This document shows positions 10,362-21,514 of a stretch of 64,000 nucleotides of DNA, piece after piece. Source of the stretch: Prochlorococcus sp. W8 (lineage in GTDB: Bacteria > Cyanobacteriota > Cyanobacteriia > PCC-6307 > Cyanobiaceae); contig ALPF01000004.1 in NCBI GenBank assembly GCA_000291825.1, positions 45,589 through 109,588 on the forward strand, in the 5' to 3' direction. The notes beneath the pieces were generated by a model, which was given only the letters and a program-made list of their open reading frames with translations, was not told where the DNA came from and did no database searches. Position 1 is the stretch's first letter. The number at the start of each line of letters is the position of its first letter. The position numbers were made by a program, and so were the translations under genes.

Positions 10362-11444
10362 ATGACAACTATTCAGCAGCAGCGTTCATCGCTGTTAAAA
10401 GGTTGGCCACAGTTCTGTGAGTGGGTAACATCAACTAACAACAGAATTTATGTTGGTTGGTTTGGAGTTTTAATGATTCCATGCTTACTTGCAGCAGCGG
10501 CTTGCTTCATTGTTGCTTTTATCGCAGCACCACCAGTAGACATTGACGGAATTAGAGAGCCAGTTGCTGGTTCATTCCTATATGGAAACAACATCATCTC
10601 AGGTGCGGTTGTTCCTTCATCAAACGCTATTGGTCTTCACTTCTACCCAATTTGGGAAGCAGCGACTGTAGATGAGTGGCTATACAATGGTGGCCCTTAC
10701 CAACTTGTAATTTTCCACTTCCTAATCGGTATCTCAGCATACATGGGAAGACAGTGGGAGCTTTCATACCGTTTAGGTATGCGTCCTTGGATCTGTGTTG
10801 CATACTCTGCACCAGTTTCAGCAGCTTTCGCAGTATTCCTTGTATACCCATTCGGTCAAGGTTCATTCTCTGACGGAATGCCTCTAGGTATCTCTGGTAC
10901 ATTCAACTTCATGTTTGTATTCCAGGCTGAGCACAACATTCTTATGCACCCATTCCACATGGCTGGTGTTGCTGGAATGTTCGGTGGATCATTATTCTCT
11001 GCAATGCATGGTTCATTGGTAACATCATCTCTAATTAGAGAAACAACTGGTCTTGAGTCACAAAATTATGGCTACAAGTTTGGTCAAGAAGAAGAAACAT
11101 ACAACATCGTTGCAGCTCATGGCTACTTCGGTCGTTTGATCTTCCAATATGCAAGTTTCAATAACAGCAGAAGTCTTCACTTCTTCTTAGCTGTATTCCC
11201 TGTTGTTTGCGTATGGTTAACATCAATGGGTATCTGCACAATGGCATTTAACCTAAACGGTTTCAACTTCAACCAGTCAGTTGTTGACGCTAACGGTAAA
11301 ATCGTTCCTACATGGGGTGATGTACTTAACCGTGCAAACTTAGGTATGGAAGTAATGCACGAGCGTAACGCTCACAACTTCCCACTCGATTTAGCTGCTG
11401 CTGAGTCTACATCTGTAGCTCTTACAGCTCCTGCAATCGGCTAA
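10362..11444 (+). CDS. psbA: Photosystem II D1 protein
   Basis: [10 protein letters not shown]...[13 protein letters not shown], 360 aa from ATG 10362; strong bias to C-ending codons as in highly expressed genes. Confidence 0.99.
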   Translation: MTTIQQQRSSLLKGWPQFCEWVTSTNNRIYVGWFGVLMIPCLLAAAACFIVAFIAAPPVDIDGIREPVAGSFLYGNNIISGAVVPSSNAIGLHFYPIWEAATVDEWLYNGGPYQLVIFHFLIGISAYMGRQWELSYRLGMRPWICVAYSAPVSAAFAVFLVYPFGQGSFSDGMPLGISGTFNFMFVFQAEHNILMHPFHMAGVAGMFGGSLFSAMHGSLVTSSLIRETTGLESQNYGYKFGQEEETYNIVAAHGYFGRLIFQYASFNNSRSLHFFLAVFPVVCVWLTSMGICTMAFNLNGFNFNQSVVDANGKIVPTWGDVLNRANLGMEVMHERNAHNFPLDLAAAESTSVALTAPAIG

Positions 11445-11463
11445 GCTTAAGGTTCTTAAAATT

Positions 11464-11490
11464 AAGATCCCCTTCGGGGGGTCTTTTTTT
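11464..11490 (+). terminator. psbA intrinsic terminator
   Basis: AAGATCCCC-TTCG-GGGGGTCTT followed by a T-run. Confidence 0.93.
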
Positions 11491-11546
11491 TATGTTTTAA
11501 TTTAATAGACTTTAATATAATTAAAAATAAATTATTTAAATCATTT

Positions 11547-12644
11547 ATGGGTAATACATTTGGAAAGATTTTTAAATTAAGTACTTTTGGTGAGTCCCAT
11601 GGAGGTGCTGTAGGAGTAATTTTAGATGGATGTCCTCCTAGATTAAAGTTAAATATTGATTTAATTCAAAAGGAATTAGATAGAAGAAGACCAGGTCAGA
11701 GTCAAATAACGACTCCAAGAAACGAGGCTGATAAAGTAGAGATATTGAGTGGTATCAAAGGTAATCTTACCCTTGGAACCCCCATCGCTATGATTGTGAG
11801 GAATAAGGATCAGAAACCAGATGATTACGATAATTTAGAGAAGGTTTTTAGGCCGTCACATGCAGATGGAACATATCATTTGAAATATGGAATTCAAGCT
11901 GATTCTGGAGGGGGAAGAGCATCAGCTCGAGAAACTATAGGAAGAGTCGCGGGTGGGGCTATCGCAAAACAATTATTGAAAAAATTACATGATATTGAAA
12001 TTTTATCTTGGGTTCAGAGAATACATAATATTGACTCTGACATAAAGCATGATGAAATAACTCCTGAAAAAATTGATTCAAATGTTGTAAGATGCCCTGA
12101 TGATAAAGTTGCAAGTAATATGATATCTCGAATACAAGAATTGCAGAAAAAAGGCGATTCTTGTGGAGGAGTTATTGATTGTTTAGTAAGAAATATGCCA
12201 GGAGGTCTTGGTATGCCAGTTTTCGACAAGTTAGAAGCAGATTTAGCAAAAGCATTAATGTCTCTTCCTGCAACAAAAGGATTTGAAATAGGATCAGGAT
12301 TTGAGGGGACTTATTTAACTGGCAGTGAACATAATGATCCATTTGTATACTCAAAGGATAAAAACAAATTAAAAACAATTGCAAATAAATCTGGAGGTAT
12401 TCAAGGAGGGATAAGTAATGGAGAAGAATTGAAAATGAGAATAGCTTTTAAGCCTACTGCAACAATAAGAAAAGAACAGCAAACTGTTACGTCAGAAGGC
12501 AAAGAAGTGATATTAAAGGCCAAAGGAAGACATGATCCTTGTGTTCTTCCCAGAGCTGTTCCAATGGTAGATTCTATGGTTGCTTTAGTCCTGGCAGATC
12601 ATTTACTTTTGAATCATGCTCAATGCCAAATATTAAATGATTAA
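11547..12644 (+). CDS. aroC: Chorismate synthase
   Basis: [30 protein letters not shown]. Confidence 0.98.
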   Translation: MGNTFGKIFKLSTFGESHGGAVGVILDGCPPRLKLNIDLIQKELDRRRPGQSQITTPRNEADKVEILSGIKGNLTLGTPIAMIVRNKDQKPDDYDNLEKVFRPSHADGTYHLKYGIQADSGGGRASARETIGRVAGGAIAKQLLKKLHDIEILSWVQRIHNIDSDIKHDEITPEKIDSNVVRCPDDKVASNMISRIQELQKKGDSCGGVIDCLVRNMPGGLGMPVFDKLEADLAKALMSLPATKGFEIGSGFEGTYLTGSEHNDPFVYSKDKNKLKTIANKSGGIQGGISNGEELKMRIAFKPTATIRKEQQTVTSEGKEVILKAKGRHDPCVLPRAVPMVDSMVALVLADHLLLNHAQCQILND

Positions 12645-12660
12645 GATTTAATTAGTTTAA

Positions 12661-13323
12661 TTATTTTTTTAAATATTGAAATATTTGCGGATCAAAATTT
12701 TCACCATCAAAACCTTTTTGACCAATGATGATAGCTTTATATCCTAAGGATGTATAGTCATCCAAGTCTTTTATTGATAAATCTCCTGCACCGATAAATG
12801 TAATCTTTTTAAAATTGTTTATATCTAATACTTGTTCCTTTTCTTTTACAGGAAATATCTTGATTATTTTGCAATTACAAGAGATAGCTTCATTTAAGTG
12901 ATTTAAATGTCTGAGTCCGGGTATGAGTAAGAAATTTTTTTCTTTGCTGTAATTAAACAATTCTTTATCCCAAAATCTCATCATTGAGAAGTTTAAGCCA
13001 ATACGTAAACAATCATCTATAGACTTTTTATTTTTAATTGTTGATGAGCCGATTTGAATATTAGGAAATTTTAACCTTAATATTCGCATTAAAGTTAACC
13101 AATTATCACTGTCTTCCCATGGTAATTCAAGAAAATTTAATCCTTTCTCTATAATTTCTCCAACACTTTTTATAAAATTATTTTGATTGATTTCATTTTC
13201 ATATATTTTTTTTGTAGGCCTTGCAAGCAATATAAAAGGATGATCTGAAATGTTTTTTTGGAATATATCAACTTTCTCTAAATATTTTGAAGTTTTATAA
13301 TCATCATTATAAATAATTTGCAA
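12661..13323 (-). CDS. KDPG/KHG aldolase-like protein (divergent)
   Basis: Remnant Eda motifs FLELPW, QIGSST, LIPG, IKIFP. Confidence 0.7.
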   Translation of the reverse strand: MQIIYNDDYKTSKYLEKVDIFQKNISDHPFILLARPTKKIYENEINQNNFIKSVGEIIEKGLNFLELPWEDSDNWLTLMRILRLKFPNIQIGSSTIKNKKSIDDCLRIGLNFSMMRFWDKELFNYSKEKNFLLIPGLRHLNHLNEAISCNCKIIKIFPVKEKEQVLDINNFKKITFIGAGDLSIKDLDDYTSLGYKAIIIGQKGFDGENFDPQIFQYLKK

Positions 13324-15163
13324 CTTTGACCTCTGAGCGGTTTATTAAATCTTGTATATCTTCAGAATCTATAGTTTCTCTTTCTATAAGCATTTCAGCC
13401 ATTTCATCCAACATTCCTCTATTGTCAGTTAAAACTTTTGTCGCTCTTTTATAAGCAGAATCTACTAATTCTGAAACTTCAGAGTCTATAGTTGCAGCAG
13501 TATCTTCTGAGAAATCTCTCTCTGAAGCTATGTCTCTGCCTAAAAACATCCCTCCTTGTGACCTACCTAGTGCCACAGGGCCAATTTTGTCGCTCATTCC
13601 AAATTTTGTAATCATTTGTCTGGCAACATTAGCAACTTGCTGCAAATCGTTAGATGCCCCTGTGGTTACTTCTTCTTCCCCATATACTATTTCCTCTGCA
13701 ACTCTTCCACCTAAAGCTACTGCCATTTGGTTTTGTAAGTATGATCTAGAATAGAGACCTGATTCCATTCTTTCTTCACTTGGAGTAAAAAAAGTTAATC
13801 CACCAGCTTGTCCTCTTGGAATAATTGAAACTTTAGCAACAGGATCATAGTCAGGCATTAAAGCTCCAACAATTGCATGACCAGCCTCATGATATGCAAC
13901 TAGTTCCTTCTTTCTATCACTAATTACTCTATCTTTCTTTTCTGGTCCTGCCATAACTCTTTCTATGGCATCACCAACTTCATCGTTACTAACCTTGTCT
14001 AATTCTCTTCTTGCGGCAAGTATGGCTGCTTCGTTCAAGAGATTTGCTAAATCAGCCCCTGTGAAACCTGGCGTTCTTCTAGCGACTTTATCTAAGTCAA
14101 CGTCTTTAGATAAAGTTTTATCCTTAGCATGAACATTAAGTATTTGTAGTCTTCCTGCATAATCTGGCCTATCAACAGTTACCTGTCTATCAAATCTTCC
14201 TGGTCTCATTAAAGCTGAATCAAGAACATCAGGTCTGTTAGTAGCAGCAACAATAATTATTCCAGAATTACCTTCGAAACCATCCATCTCAGTTAAAAGT
14301 TGGTTTAAAGTTTGTTCTCTCTCATCATTTCCTCCCCCTAGGCCTGCACCTCTCTGTCTGCCTACAGCATCTATTTCATCAATGAAAACTATACAAGGAG
14401 CATTTTTCTTAGCTTGCTCAAATAAATCCCTAACTCTACTTGCACCAACACCAACGAACATTTCAACAAATTCAGAGCCAGAAATTGAGAAAAATGGAAC
14501 ACCTGCTTCACCAGCAACAGCTTTTGCCAAAAGAGTCTTTCCTGTTCCTGGAGGTCCAACTAAAAGAACACCCTTAGGTATTTTTGCGCCAACAGCAGTA
14601 AATCTATCTGGACTTTTTAGAAAATCTACAACCTCAGAAAGCTCAAGTTTGGAGCCTTCAACACCAGCAACATCAGCAAAAGTTACTTTAGTAGATGGTT
14701 CCATCTGCAAACGAGCTTTACTTTTACCAAAACTCATAGCAGGATTACCTCCCCCGCCCCCTGATCCACCTTGAGCTCGTCTAAATAGGAAAAATAAACC
14801 TCCTATAAGTAAAATAGGAAATAGTAGACTGCTTAAAGCTTGTTGCCAAGGGTTAGCTAATCTAGTTGGTTGAACTGCTATATCTACATCATTTTCAGTT
14901 AATATTTTGAGTAAATCTTTATCTGGTGCCAAGTTTACTTCTGATCTACTTCCGTCATTTTCAACTACCTGCGCTGTTCCATTGTCAGGCGATATTAAAA
15001 CTCTACTTACCTCTTTTTCCTGAACAGCTTCAATGAAATCGCTATATCTTAAAGTTTTAGTAGTATTTTCTGCATTAGGCTTATCTAAAATAGATGTGCC
15101 AACAAAAATAACAGCTATTACTGCTAGAACATAAAGTCCTACATTTCTCCAGCGTTTGTTCAC
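13307..15163 (-). CDS. ftsH: ATP-dependent zinc metalloprotease FtsH (FtsH3-like N-terminus)
   Basis: [23 protein letters not shown]; GTG start. Confidence 0.98.
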   Translation of the reverse strand: MNKRWRNVGLYVLAVIAVIFVGTSILDKPNAENTTKTLRYSDFIEAVQEKEVSRVLISPDNGTAQVVENDGSRSEVNLAPDKDLLKILTENDVDIAVQPTRLANPWQQALSSLLFPILLIGGLFFLFRRAQGGSGGGGGNPAMSFGKSKARLQMEPSTKVTFADVAGVEGSKLELSEVVDFLKSPDRFTAVGAKIPKGVLLVGPPGTGKTLLAKAVAGEAGVPFFSISGSEFVEMFVGVGASRVRDLFEQAKKNAPCIVFIDEIDAVGRQRGAGLGGGNDEREQTLNQLLTEMDGFEGNSGIIIVAATNRPDVLDSALMRPGRFDRQVTVDRPDYAGRLQILNVHAKDKTLSKDVDLDKVARRTPGFTGADLANLLNEAAILAARRELDKVSNDEVGDAIERVMAGPEKKDRVISDRKKELVAYHEAGHAIVGALMPDYDPVAKVSIIPRGQAGGLTFFTPSEERMESGLYSRSYLQNQMAVALGGRVAEEIVYGEEEVTTGASNDLQQVANVARQMITKFGMSDKIGPVALGRSQGGMFLGRDIASERDFSEDTAATIDSEVSELVDSAYKRATKVLTDNRGMLDEMAEMLIERETIDSEDIQDLINRSEVKVANYL

Positions 15164-15209
15164 GTTAATAATTTCTTGTTATTTATATACTACTAATAAT
15201 AAATCAATA

Positions 15210-16376
15210 TTAAGACTGTCTTAGAACATCTACTACACTTTTAAAAGCGAACCATTCAGGAATGGGTTCTCCATTTCTTAATCTTTTTCTAAATTCGGTA
15301 CCGCTTAGCTTCTTTATTTCATAATTTTCTTTGGAAGCTTCTTCAGCTGTAATATATCCCTTTTCTTCTGTATAAACCAAATTTTTTGAAGGAACAATTT
15401 TCATATCAAGTTCTAACATTATTGATTTTGCAAAATTTTGCGCATCATATGGCCCATAAAAATCTTCACCTGTTGCAGAAGATTTACAACCTGCCATATC
15501 TCTACCAATTATGAAATGGGTGCAACCATAATTTCTTCTAATTAACATATGCTGCAAAGCTTCTCTAGGTCCTGCCATATGCATTGAATAAGGTAAGAAT
15601 GCCCATTTAATATTTTTGTCAGATATTTCCTCAGATAATTTTTTATATGTTAAATATCTTATTTTGCCTGGGATATCATCTTGCTGGGTAGGTCCACAAG
15701 TTGGATGAACAAGAACAACTGCGTTTTTTGATACATTTTCTGAAGTTAATGCGTTAGTAAATAACTCATAATGTGCTCTATGTATGGGATTTCTGCATTG
15801 AAATGCTACTACATCATGATTTTTAGGTAATGATTGTCTAACTTCGCTTGGTGTAGCGCATGGAAAATCTCTCTTTGGTAATTCAAATCCATAAACCTTC
15901 CCTCCTAAATAATATTTCCCTCGTTCATGGAAAATCATCTTTACAGCTGGATGCTCTAATGAATTTGTCCCGTAACAATTTTTAGCTTCGAATGATTTAT
16001 CTGGTTCCCACTTAGAACTTATTTCTAATATCCCTAAATTTTGACCTTTGTAAGTAAGAAGAATTGTTTCACCTGTTTTTAAATTTGAATTATTTGTATC
16101 TAGTACAACTGGTAAGCCAAATAAGAAATTATTTGTATCTTTATTATTTTTTACGACTGATTTATAGTCTTGTTCGTTCATGAATCCCTCGAGAGGAGAA
16201 AATGCTCCAACAATTAATAATTCAATATCACAGGCATTCCTTTCACTACATTCATGTTGGTAAACTGTCGAGGATATTAGTTTATCTTTCTGAAATGGAT
16301 CTTTAACCATTAAATCTTTTAGCTTTCCTCCATAGGGTGCAATTAATCCATGACTTTCTTTGAGCAAATCTTCCAT
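15210..16376 (-). CDS. sat: Sulfate adenylyltransferase (ATP sulfurylase)
   Basis: FQCRNPIHRAH, AGPREA, NYGCTHFIIGRD.AG. Confidence 0.96.
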   Translation of the reverse strand: MEDLLKESHGLIAPYGGKLKDLMVKDPFQKDKLISSTVYQHECSERNACDIELLIVGAFSPLEGFMNEQDYKSVVKNNKDTNNFLFGLPVVLDTNNSNLKTGETILLTYKGQNLGILEISSKWEPDKSFEAKNCYGTNSLEHPAVKMIFHERGKYYLGGKVYGFELPKRDFPCATPSEVRQSLPKNHDVVAFQCRNPIHRAHYELFTNALTSENVSKNAVVLVHPTCGPTQQDDIPGKIRYLTYKKLSEEISDKNIKWAFLPYSMHMAGPREALQHMLIRRNYGCTHFIIGRDMAGCKSSATGEDFYGPYDAQNFAKSIMLELDMKIVPSKNLVYTEEKGYITAEEASKENYEIKKLSGTEFRKRLRNGEPIPEWFAFKSVVDVLRQS

Positions 16377-16414
16377 AGTATGAGGTTAAAATTAATTGAT
16401 ATTTTTAAATTTGG

Positions 16415-16441
16415 AAAAAAAAAGAGGGTTATTAACCCTCT
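16415..16441 (-). terminator. psbO intrinsic terminator
   Basis: Minus strand AGAGGGTT-AAT-AACCCTCT followed by a T-run. Confidence 0.88.
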
Positions 16442-16456
16442 AGAGATAAAGCTTTA

Positions 16457-17251
16457 TTAAGCCTTTCTTCCATAAAGTTGTCCTATTATTTTTACGTCTA
16501 AAGGATCTTTGGAACCCATATCAGTATCTGAAGGTTGAACAGCTTCAAAAATGCCTGTAAATTCTTCTGTATCACTATCAACGTTTGTGATGGAAAGCTT
16601 TACAGTACCTGTTCCATTTACATCAACTTTGATATTTTCTTTTGCGAGCTCTTCATCATCTCCTCCTAAGGCAACAAGACCTTGAGCATATTCAACTCCA
16701 GTATTTGCAGCTCTTGCTTTGGGATCCAAAAAGTCTCCAGTTCTGTAATTAGGGGTAAATGTCGTACCATTTAATTCTGTTCCAGGCTCTATGGAAGAAG
16801 GAATACTAGCAGTTAAATCCTTTGCAGAAAAGGCAAAAGGAACTTCAAGTCCTCCAGGTGTTAAAACAGTTATTAATTGAAAATCAATACCACCTTTTTC
16901 TGTGAACTTACCTGAATCAATGTCACCATAAACCTCAGTTACTGTTGTATTGTTCCTGGGACTAATAATTTTGGTAGACAAAAATTCAGACTTTTGACGT
17001 TTTGATCCAGGAACTTTTACATAGACTTCTGTGGGGTGCATACAAATACCTTTCAATGAGTCTCCATTACTAAGTGATATGGAGCCGACTGATGATGAGT
17101 CAATTTCTGGGCAGTCATTTGCCTTCCCAGTATTAACAACATCTGTAAATTGAGCATTACCTCTTTCAGAAAATGCATATGTCTTTGCAGGAATAAAACC
17201 TAATGTCAAACAAAATGTAATGATCAAGGCCAAGAATGAACGAATTCTCAT
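16457..17251 (-). CDS. psbO: Photosystem II manganese-stabilizing protein
   Basis: Signal peptide, TGKANDCP, GIDFQLITV..PGG.EVPF, YRTGDFLDPK.R. Confidence 0.97.
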   Translation of the reverse strand: MRIRSFLALIITFCLTLGFIPAKTYAFSERGNAQFTDVVNTGKANDCPEIDSSSVGSISLSNGDSLKGICMHPTEVYVKVPGSKRQKSEFLSTKIISPRNNTTVTEVYGDIDSGKFTEKGGIDFQLITVLTPGGLEVPFAFSAKDLTASIPSSIEPGTELNGTTFTPNYRTGDFLDPKARAANTGVEYAQGLVALGGDDEELAKENIKVDVNGTGTVKLSITNVDSDTEEFTGIFEAVQPSDTDMGSKDPLDVKIIGQLYGRKA

Positions 17252-17480
17252 AATTAAAATTTCAATAGAGTTCTGAGTCTGCCGGTAAAATTTTACCTTT
17301 AATGTTCAGTACGGATAATACAAGGGAAAGAAGCATAAATGTTGGTCTTTAAATTGCCTCGAAATAACCTGTAGCTTTTAAATTCTTTTAAAAACTGAAT
17401 ATATATTAAGTCAAAAATAGTCTATAGCTGCATTTTTCAATATTATGATTACAAAAAAATACAAAAATTAAGATTTTAAA

Positions 17481-18737
17481 TTATTTATTAATTGAAATAA
17501 TTTTGTTTATTAATTTATTTGCTAAATCAAGTTTAGAAGTTTTTTTAATATGAAATTCCATTGTATATTTATCAAAAAGCCATCCCTCATTTTGGGCTGA
17601 ATATCCAAACCCTTGCCCCTCTAAATCAATTGGGTTTGCGAAGATTAGATCACAATTCTTTTTATCCAGTTTATTTTTAATTATTGGTCTTAAATTTTCC
17701 AGAGAGCCACTGAAAGCGCAAAATCCTATAAATAATTGATTATTTGTTTTATACTTACAAATTTCTTGCAATATATCAGGTACTAACTCAATATTGTTAA
17801 TAAAATGCTCACATAGATCATTTTTAGGAATTTTAGAAGAAGTATTATTTTTTAACTTAATGTCTGTCACAGCAGCATTCATAATTAAATAATCATAATT
17901 TTTAATATCATTTTTTAAGGCAATATTTAGGTCATTACCGTTTCTTATTTCAAATTTTTCGATTCCCTCTCCAATATCATCATTAACATTTAAAGGTCCA
18001 TGAATATATTTGACTTGAGCACCTCTAAAATTTGCTATTTGTGCTAAACATAGACCCATTTCCCCAGAACTATTATTAGTGATGCTTCTGGCAAAATCAA
18101 TTTTTTCAGTTGTAGCTCCTCCCGTGATTAAAAAGGATTTATTTGATAAATCTAAAAAATTAAAGTTTTTTTCTTGGATGATAAGAAACTGCAAAGCTAA
18201 TATTATGTGCTCATTGGAGGCGATTTTGCCTATCCCAAATTGATCACAGGCCAAAAGCCCCTTATAAGGTTTTAGAGTTAATACATTTGGATAAGCTTTG
18301 ATCTTTTTAAAATTATTTTGAACTGCAATATTTAGCCACATATTATTGTTCATTGCGGGAGCTGCTATTAATGGCTTGTGATTAGCAATCAAAATACTTG
18401 ATACTAAGCTATCAGCATTTCCTGTTGCCCATTTGGAAAGTGTTGTAGCTGTTAAAGGAGCAACTATTATAATGTCCGCCCACTCAGATAGATATATATG
18501 AAGTGGGCTAGAACTGCTCTTCATCCATTGATCATCATCTAAAATACACTTATTCCTACTCAAAGTTGATAGTGATAGTGGTTGTACTAATTTCTCAGAA
18601 TTTTTTGTTAAGACGCATTTCACCTCAAAATTATTTTTAACTAGACTGCTTACCAAGGTTGGTATCCTAACAGCAGCTATGCTTCCAGTTATTAAAAGCA
18701 AAACATTTATCTTTTTCTGCTTCGAATAATCAATCAA
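17481..18737 (-). CDS. coaBC: Bifunctional phosphopantothenoylcysteine decarboxylase/ligase
   Basis: ITGSIAA, APAMN..MW, LAC...G.G, ITGG.T.E.ID..R.ITN.SSG.MG, NAAV.D. Confidence 0.94.
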   Translation of the reverse strand: MIDYSKQKKINVLLLITGSIAAVRIPTLVSSLVKNNFEVKCVLTKNSEKLVQPLSLSTLSRNKCILDDDQWMKSSSSPLHIYLSEWADIIIVAPLTATTLSKWATGNADSLVSSILIANHKPLIAAPAMNNNMWLNIAVQNNFKKIKAYPNVLTLKPYKGLLACDQFGIGKIASNEHIILALQFLIIQEKNFNFLDLSNKSFLITGGATTEKIDFARSITNNSSGEMGLCLAQIANFRGAQVKYIHGPLNVNDDIGEGIEKFEIRNGNDLNIALKNDIKNYDYLIMNAAVTDIKLKNNTSSKIPKNDLCEHFINNIELVPDILQEICKYKTNNQLFIGFCAFSGSLENLRPIIKNKLDKKNCDLIFANPIDLEGQGFGYSAQNEGWLFDKYTMEFHIKKTSKLDLANKLINKIISINK

Positions 18738-18907
18738 TTTCTTTGAAGTTTTACTTTATCTTAACCTATATCAAAAACTTAACTCTAGATAAAAATTTTT
18801 GAATTTATTAGTTAATTATGTCGGTAATCATTCAAATATTCAAAAATCATTAAATTAAAGACTAAAAAAAATTAATTAATTAATATATACCTAATTACAA
18901 TTTTCAA

Positions 18908-19108
18908 ATGTCTCAAACGAAAAGAGAACAAGTCGTGAGTCATCTCAGATACCTGAGGCAGGAATTAAGGGAGATGCATTTAGGTATTCAAGAAGACGGA
19001 TTTTTTCCTGAACCAGGAGAGTTAAGAGGAATCTTAGCTCAAATGGAAGCATTGTTGGAGTTATTAGAGGGAGCGCCGAAAGCAAAGCCTGCATCAGATT
19101 TAGTTTAA
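18908..19108 (+). CDS. Small hypothetical protein (66 aa)
   Basis: ATG-start ORF with coding-like composition, abutting the next gene. Confidence 0.8.
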   Translation: MSQTKREQVVSHLRYLRQELREMHLGIQEDGFFPEPGELRGILAQMEALLELLEGAPKAKPASDLV

Positions 19109-19112
19109 GTTT

Positions 19113-19463
19113 TTGTCAAATATGGTGATCAAACCACAAACAACTAAGTTTCAAACGTATGTAGTTGATAATATAAAAACTTTGAATGTATGGGCAAATA
19201 ATCCATGGAGAAGGTATTCTCTAGCTTTAATTTTATTTTTTATTGGATATTTTTTTGGAAGCTCTCTTGGCATGATCAGCGCTGTTCTTGAATTAATGGA
19301 TCCAATAAGTGCACTTGTATCAATCATAATTATTGAATTATTAATACAATTAAGAAGGTCTCTAAACTTAAATAAAAATAAAAAGTTTTTAACTTTACTA
19401 ATAGATTTCCTAAGAATTGGATTGTTTTATGGATTTTTTACTGAAGGTCTCAAATTGCTTTAG
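19113..19463 (+). CDS. DUF565 / Ycf20-like membrane protein
   Basis: QTT...W..NPWRR.S and [12 protein letters not shown] motifs. Confidence 0.85.
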   Translation: MSNMVIKPQTTKFQTYVVDNIKTLNVWANNPWRRYSLALILFFIGYFFGSSLGMISAVLELMDPISALVSIIIIELLIQLRRSLNLNKNKKFLTLLIDFLRIGLFYGFFTEGLKLL

Positions 19464-20479
19464 TTTTTATTGTATTTTGAAAGTAGATATAATAAAGCCA
19501 TTCTCACAGGAACTCCATTACTGACTTGTTCGGTAATTAAACTATAGGGATAATCATCTACAATTTTGCTACTTATTTCAATACCTCTATTAACCGGTCC
19601 AGGATGTAATATCGGAATTTTTTTACTAATAAGATTTAATTTTTCTGTTGTTAAACAATATTTTTCGCTATAAGAATTTATGCTTTCAAGAAAATCTTCC
19701 TTCATCCTTTCCTTTTGTAATCTTAAAGAAATTATGGCATCAGCCTTTTTGATACTTTCTTCTAGAGATCTTGAGATCTCAATCTTTCCTCTTTGAAGAA
19801 TAGGGTCTTTTGTCTGATTTAAAGGAAGTGATTTTACAAAAGTATTAAATTCTTGAGGTACTAGTTTTTCAGGCCCGCATAATACTATGTTTGCTCCAAA
19901 TGCTGTGAGTGCCCATATATTAGATCTTGCAACTCTTGAATGAAGAACATCCCCAACTATTAAAATAGTTTTATTACATAGAATGTCTGGGTTGATATTA
20001 TTTGGATCGAAAAATTGTGAAAGTGTATACAAATCTAAAAGTCCTTGACTAGGATGACTATGTGCCCCGTCGCCAGCATTTAAGACGCTTGTATTAAATT
20101 TTTTTGATTCAAGTTTTTCAGCAATCTCTAAGGGAACATTACTAACTGAATGCCTAACTATTAACACATCAGATCCCATAGCTGAGTAGGTAAGTGCAGT
20201 ATCTAAATAAGTTTCTCCTTTAGATAAAGAACTAGTGGAAGGTGAAAAGCTTTGTAAGTCAGAAGAAAGTCTTTTTGCGGCTAATTCAAAACTATGTTTA
20301 GTTCTAGTACTAGCTTCAAAGAAAATTGAGGTTACAAGAAAACCTTGTAGAGCAGATACTTTTTTTGTGCCTGTTTTATTAATAGAATTAAATTTATGAG
20401 CTAATTCTAAAACCGATAGATAATCATCTTTTGAAAAGTTTGAGAGAGTTAGAATATGTTTATGGGGCCAGGGTTTCAT
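19460..20479 (-). CDS. pyrB: Aspartate carbamoyltransferase catalytic subunit
   Basis: [13 protein letters not shown]...HPSQ.LLD, HPGP.NRG.E. Confidence 0.97.
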   Translation of the reverse strand: MKPWPHKHILTLSNFSKDDYLSVLELAHKFNSINKTGTKKVSALQGFLVTSIFFEASTRTKHSFELAAKRLSSDLQSFSPSTSSLSKGETYLDTALTYSAMGSDVLIVRHSVSNVPLEIAEKLESKKFNTSVLNAGDGAHSHPSQGLLDLYTLSQFFDPNNINPDILCNKTILIVGDVLHSRVARSNIWALTAFGANIVLCGPEKLVPQEFNTFVKSLPLNQTKDPILQRGKIEISRSLEESIKKADAIISLRLQKERMKEDFLESINSYSEKYCLTTEKLNLISKKIPILHPGPVNRGIEISSKIVDDYPYSLITEQVSNGVPVRMALLYLLSKYNKN

Positions 20480-20500
20480 TGAGTGTTAAGTTCAAGCTGA

Positions 20501-21098
20501 TCAAAAAAAGTTTTTTGGGTTCTTATCTCCTTTCTCTCTCTTACTTATACTTCTTGAATTTTTTAAATACCACCTCCATTTTAAATCTTTAGCTTTACTA
20601 ATTCCTATTCTAGTCGTTTGCAATAAGTCTTCTTTGGTAACCTTAATATCTCTTTTTAAGATTTTTAAATATATGTTGTCATAACTTTTTAATCCGTTAA
20701 ATTTTTTATTAATAAGAAACTTTTTTGTTGTCAATCCAGGACCAGATGATATTCTTTCATCTTCATTTTTTATATAAACTGATCTTATTAAAACTCCGCT
20801 TGCAAAATTAATTTTGTGAGTAACAACATTTAAACAATGATGAATACCATATGATTGATAAACGTAATAATTTCCAGGTTCCCCAAAAAGAACTGCGTTT
20901 GAATTTGTTCTTTTATTAAAGCCATGGCATGCTTCCTCTTCTTGAGAATAAGCCTCAGTCTCAACTATTATTCCCTGCAAAATATCTTTATTCTTATTAC
21001 TTCTAACTAATCTACATCCAATCAATGCAGGAGCTACTATTGTTGAGTGACGTGCAAAGAAATTTTTCTTAAGGATTTGATCGATTTTATTTTTCCAT
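20501..21098 (-). CDS. 3-methyladenine DNA glycosylase (MPG/AAG family); 5' end irregular
   Basis: IVETEAY, YGIHHCLN, GVLIR, RIGI motifs. The family N-terminal FFAR....VAP.LIG is in frame upstream of TTG 21025, but the ATG at 21098 is one base out of frame. Confidence 0.85.
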
Positions 21099-21215
21099 AA
21101 CTAACTTTATTTTTAGCGGCGAATAACCCTAAAGTCTAGCTTTTAATAATTTGAATATCTATATATTTATTCAAAGCAATTTTATCTTATATACTAAGTT
21201 TATAATATTATAAAA

Positions 21216-21509
21216 ATGAACAGAATTACTGAGGACCAGGTTAAAAAAGTAGCTGAACTAGCTAGGTTAAAGCTTGATAATAATCAAGTAAAACATCATG
21301 CTGAACAAATTGAAAAAATACTGGATTATGTTAACCAGCTTGAAAAAATTGATACTGAAGGAGTAGCTTGTACAACACGTGCAATTGAAGTTATAAATGT
21401 TCTTAGAAGTGATGCAAACAATAAATTTGAAGATAGAGATGATCTATTAAATCTTGCCCCAGCTAGAGAAAATGATTTTTTTAAAGTGCCAAAGATAATA
21501 AAAAAATAA
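21216..21509 (+). CDS. gatC: Asp/Glu-tRNA amidotransferase subunit C
   Basis: V.KVAELARL, QLE.IDT, AP.....FFKVPKI. Confidence 0.95.
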   Translation: MNRITEDQVKKVAELARLKLDNNQVKHHAEQIEKILDYVNQLEKIDTEGVACTTRAIEVINVLRSDANNKFEDRDDLLNLAPARENDFFKVPKIIKK

Positions 21510-21514
21510 TTTAT

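Noticed and set aside
17284-17297. Perfect palindrome GGTAAAATTTTACC upstream of psbO
   Set aside because: GTA-N6-TAC spacing does not fit NtcA. It overlaps a likely TAAAAT -10 box and is plausible by chance in AT-rich DNA.
17300-17433. Broken minus-strand frame between coaBC and psbO
   Set aside because: The ATG is followed by a stop at codon 4 and I recognise no homology, so a pseudogene call is unsupported.
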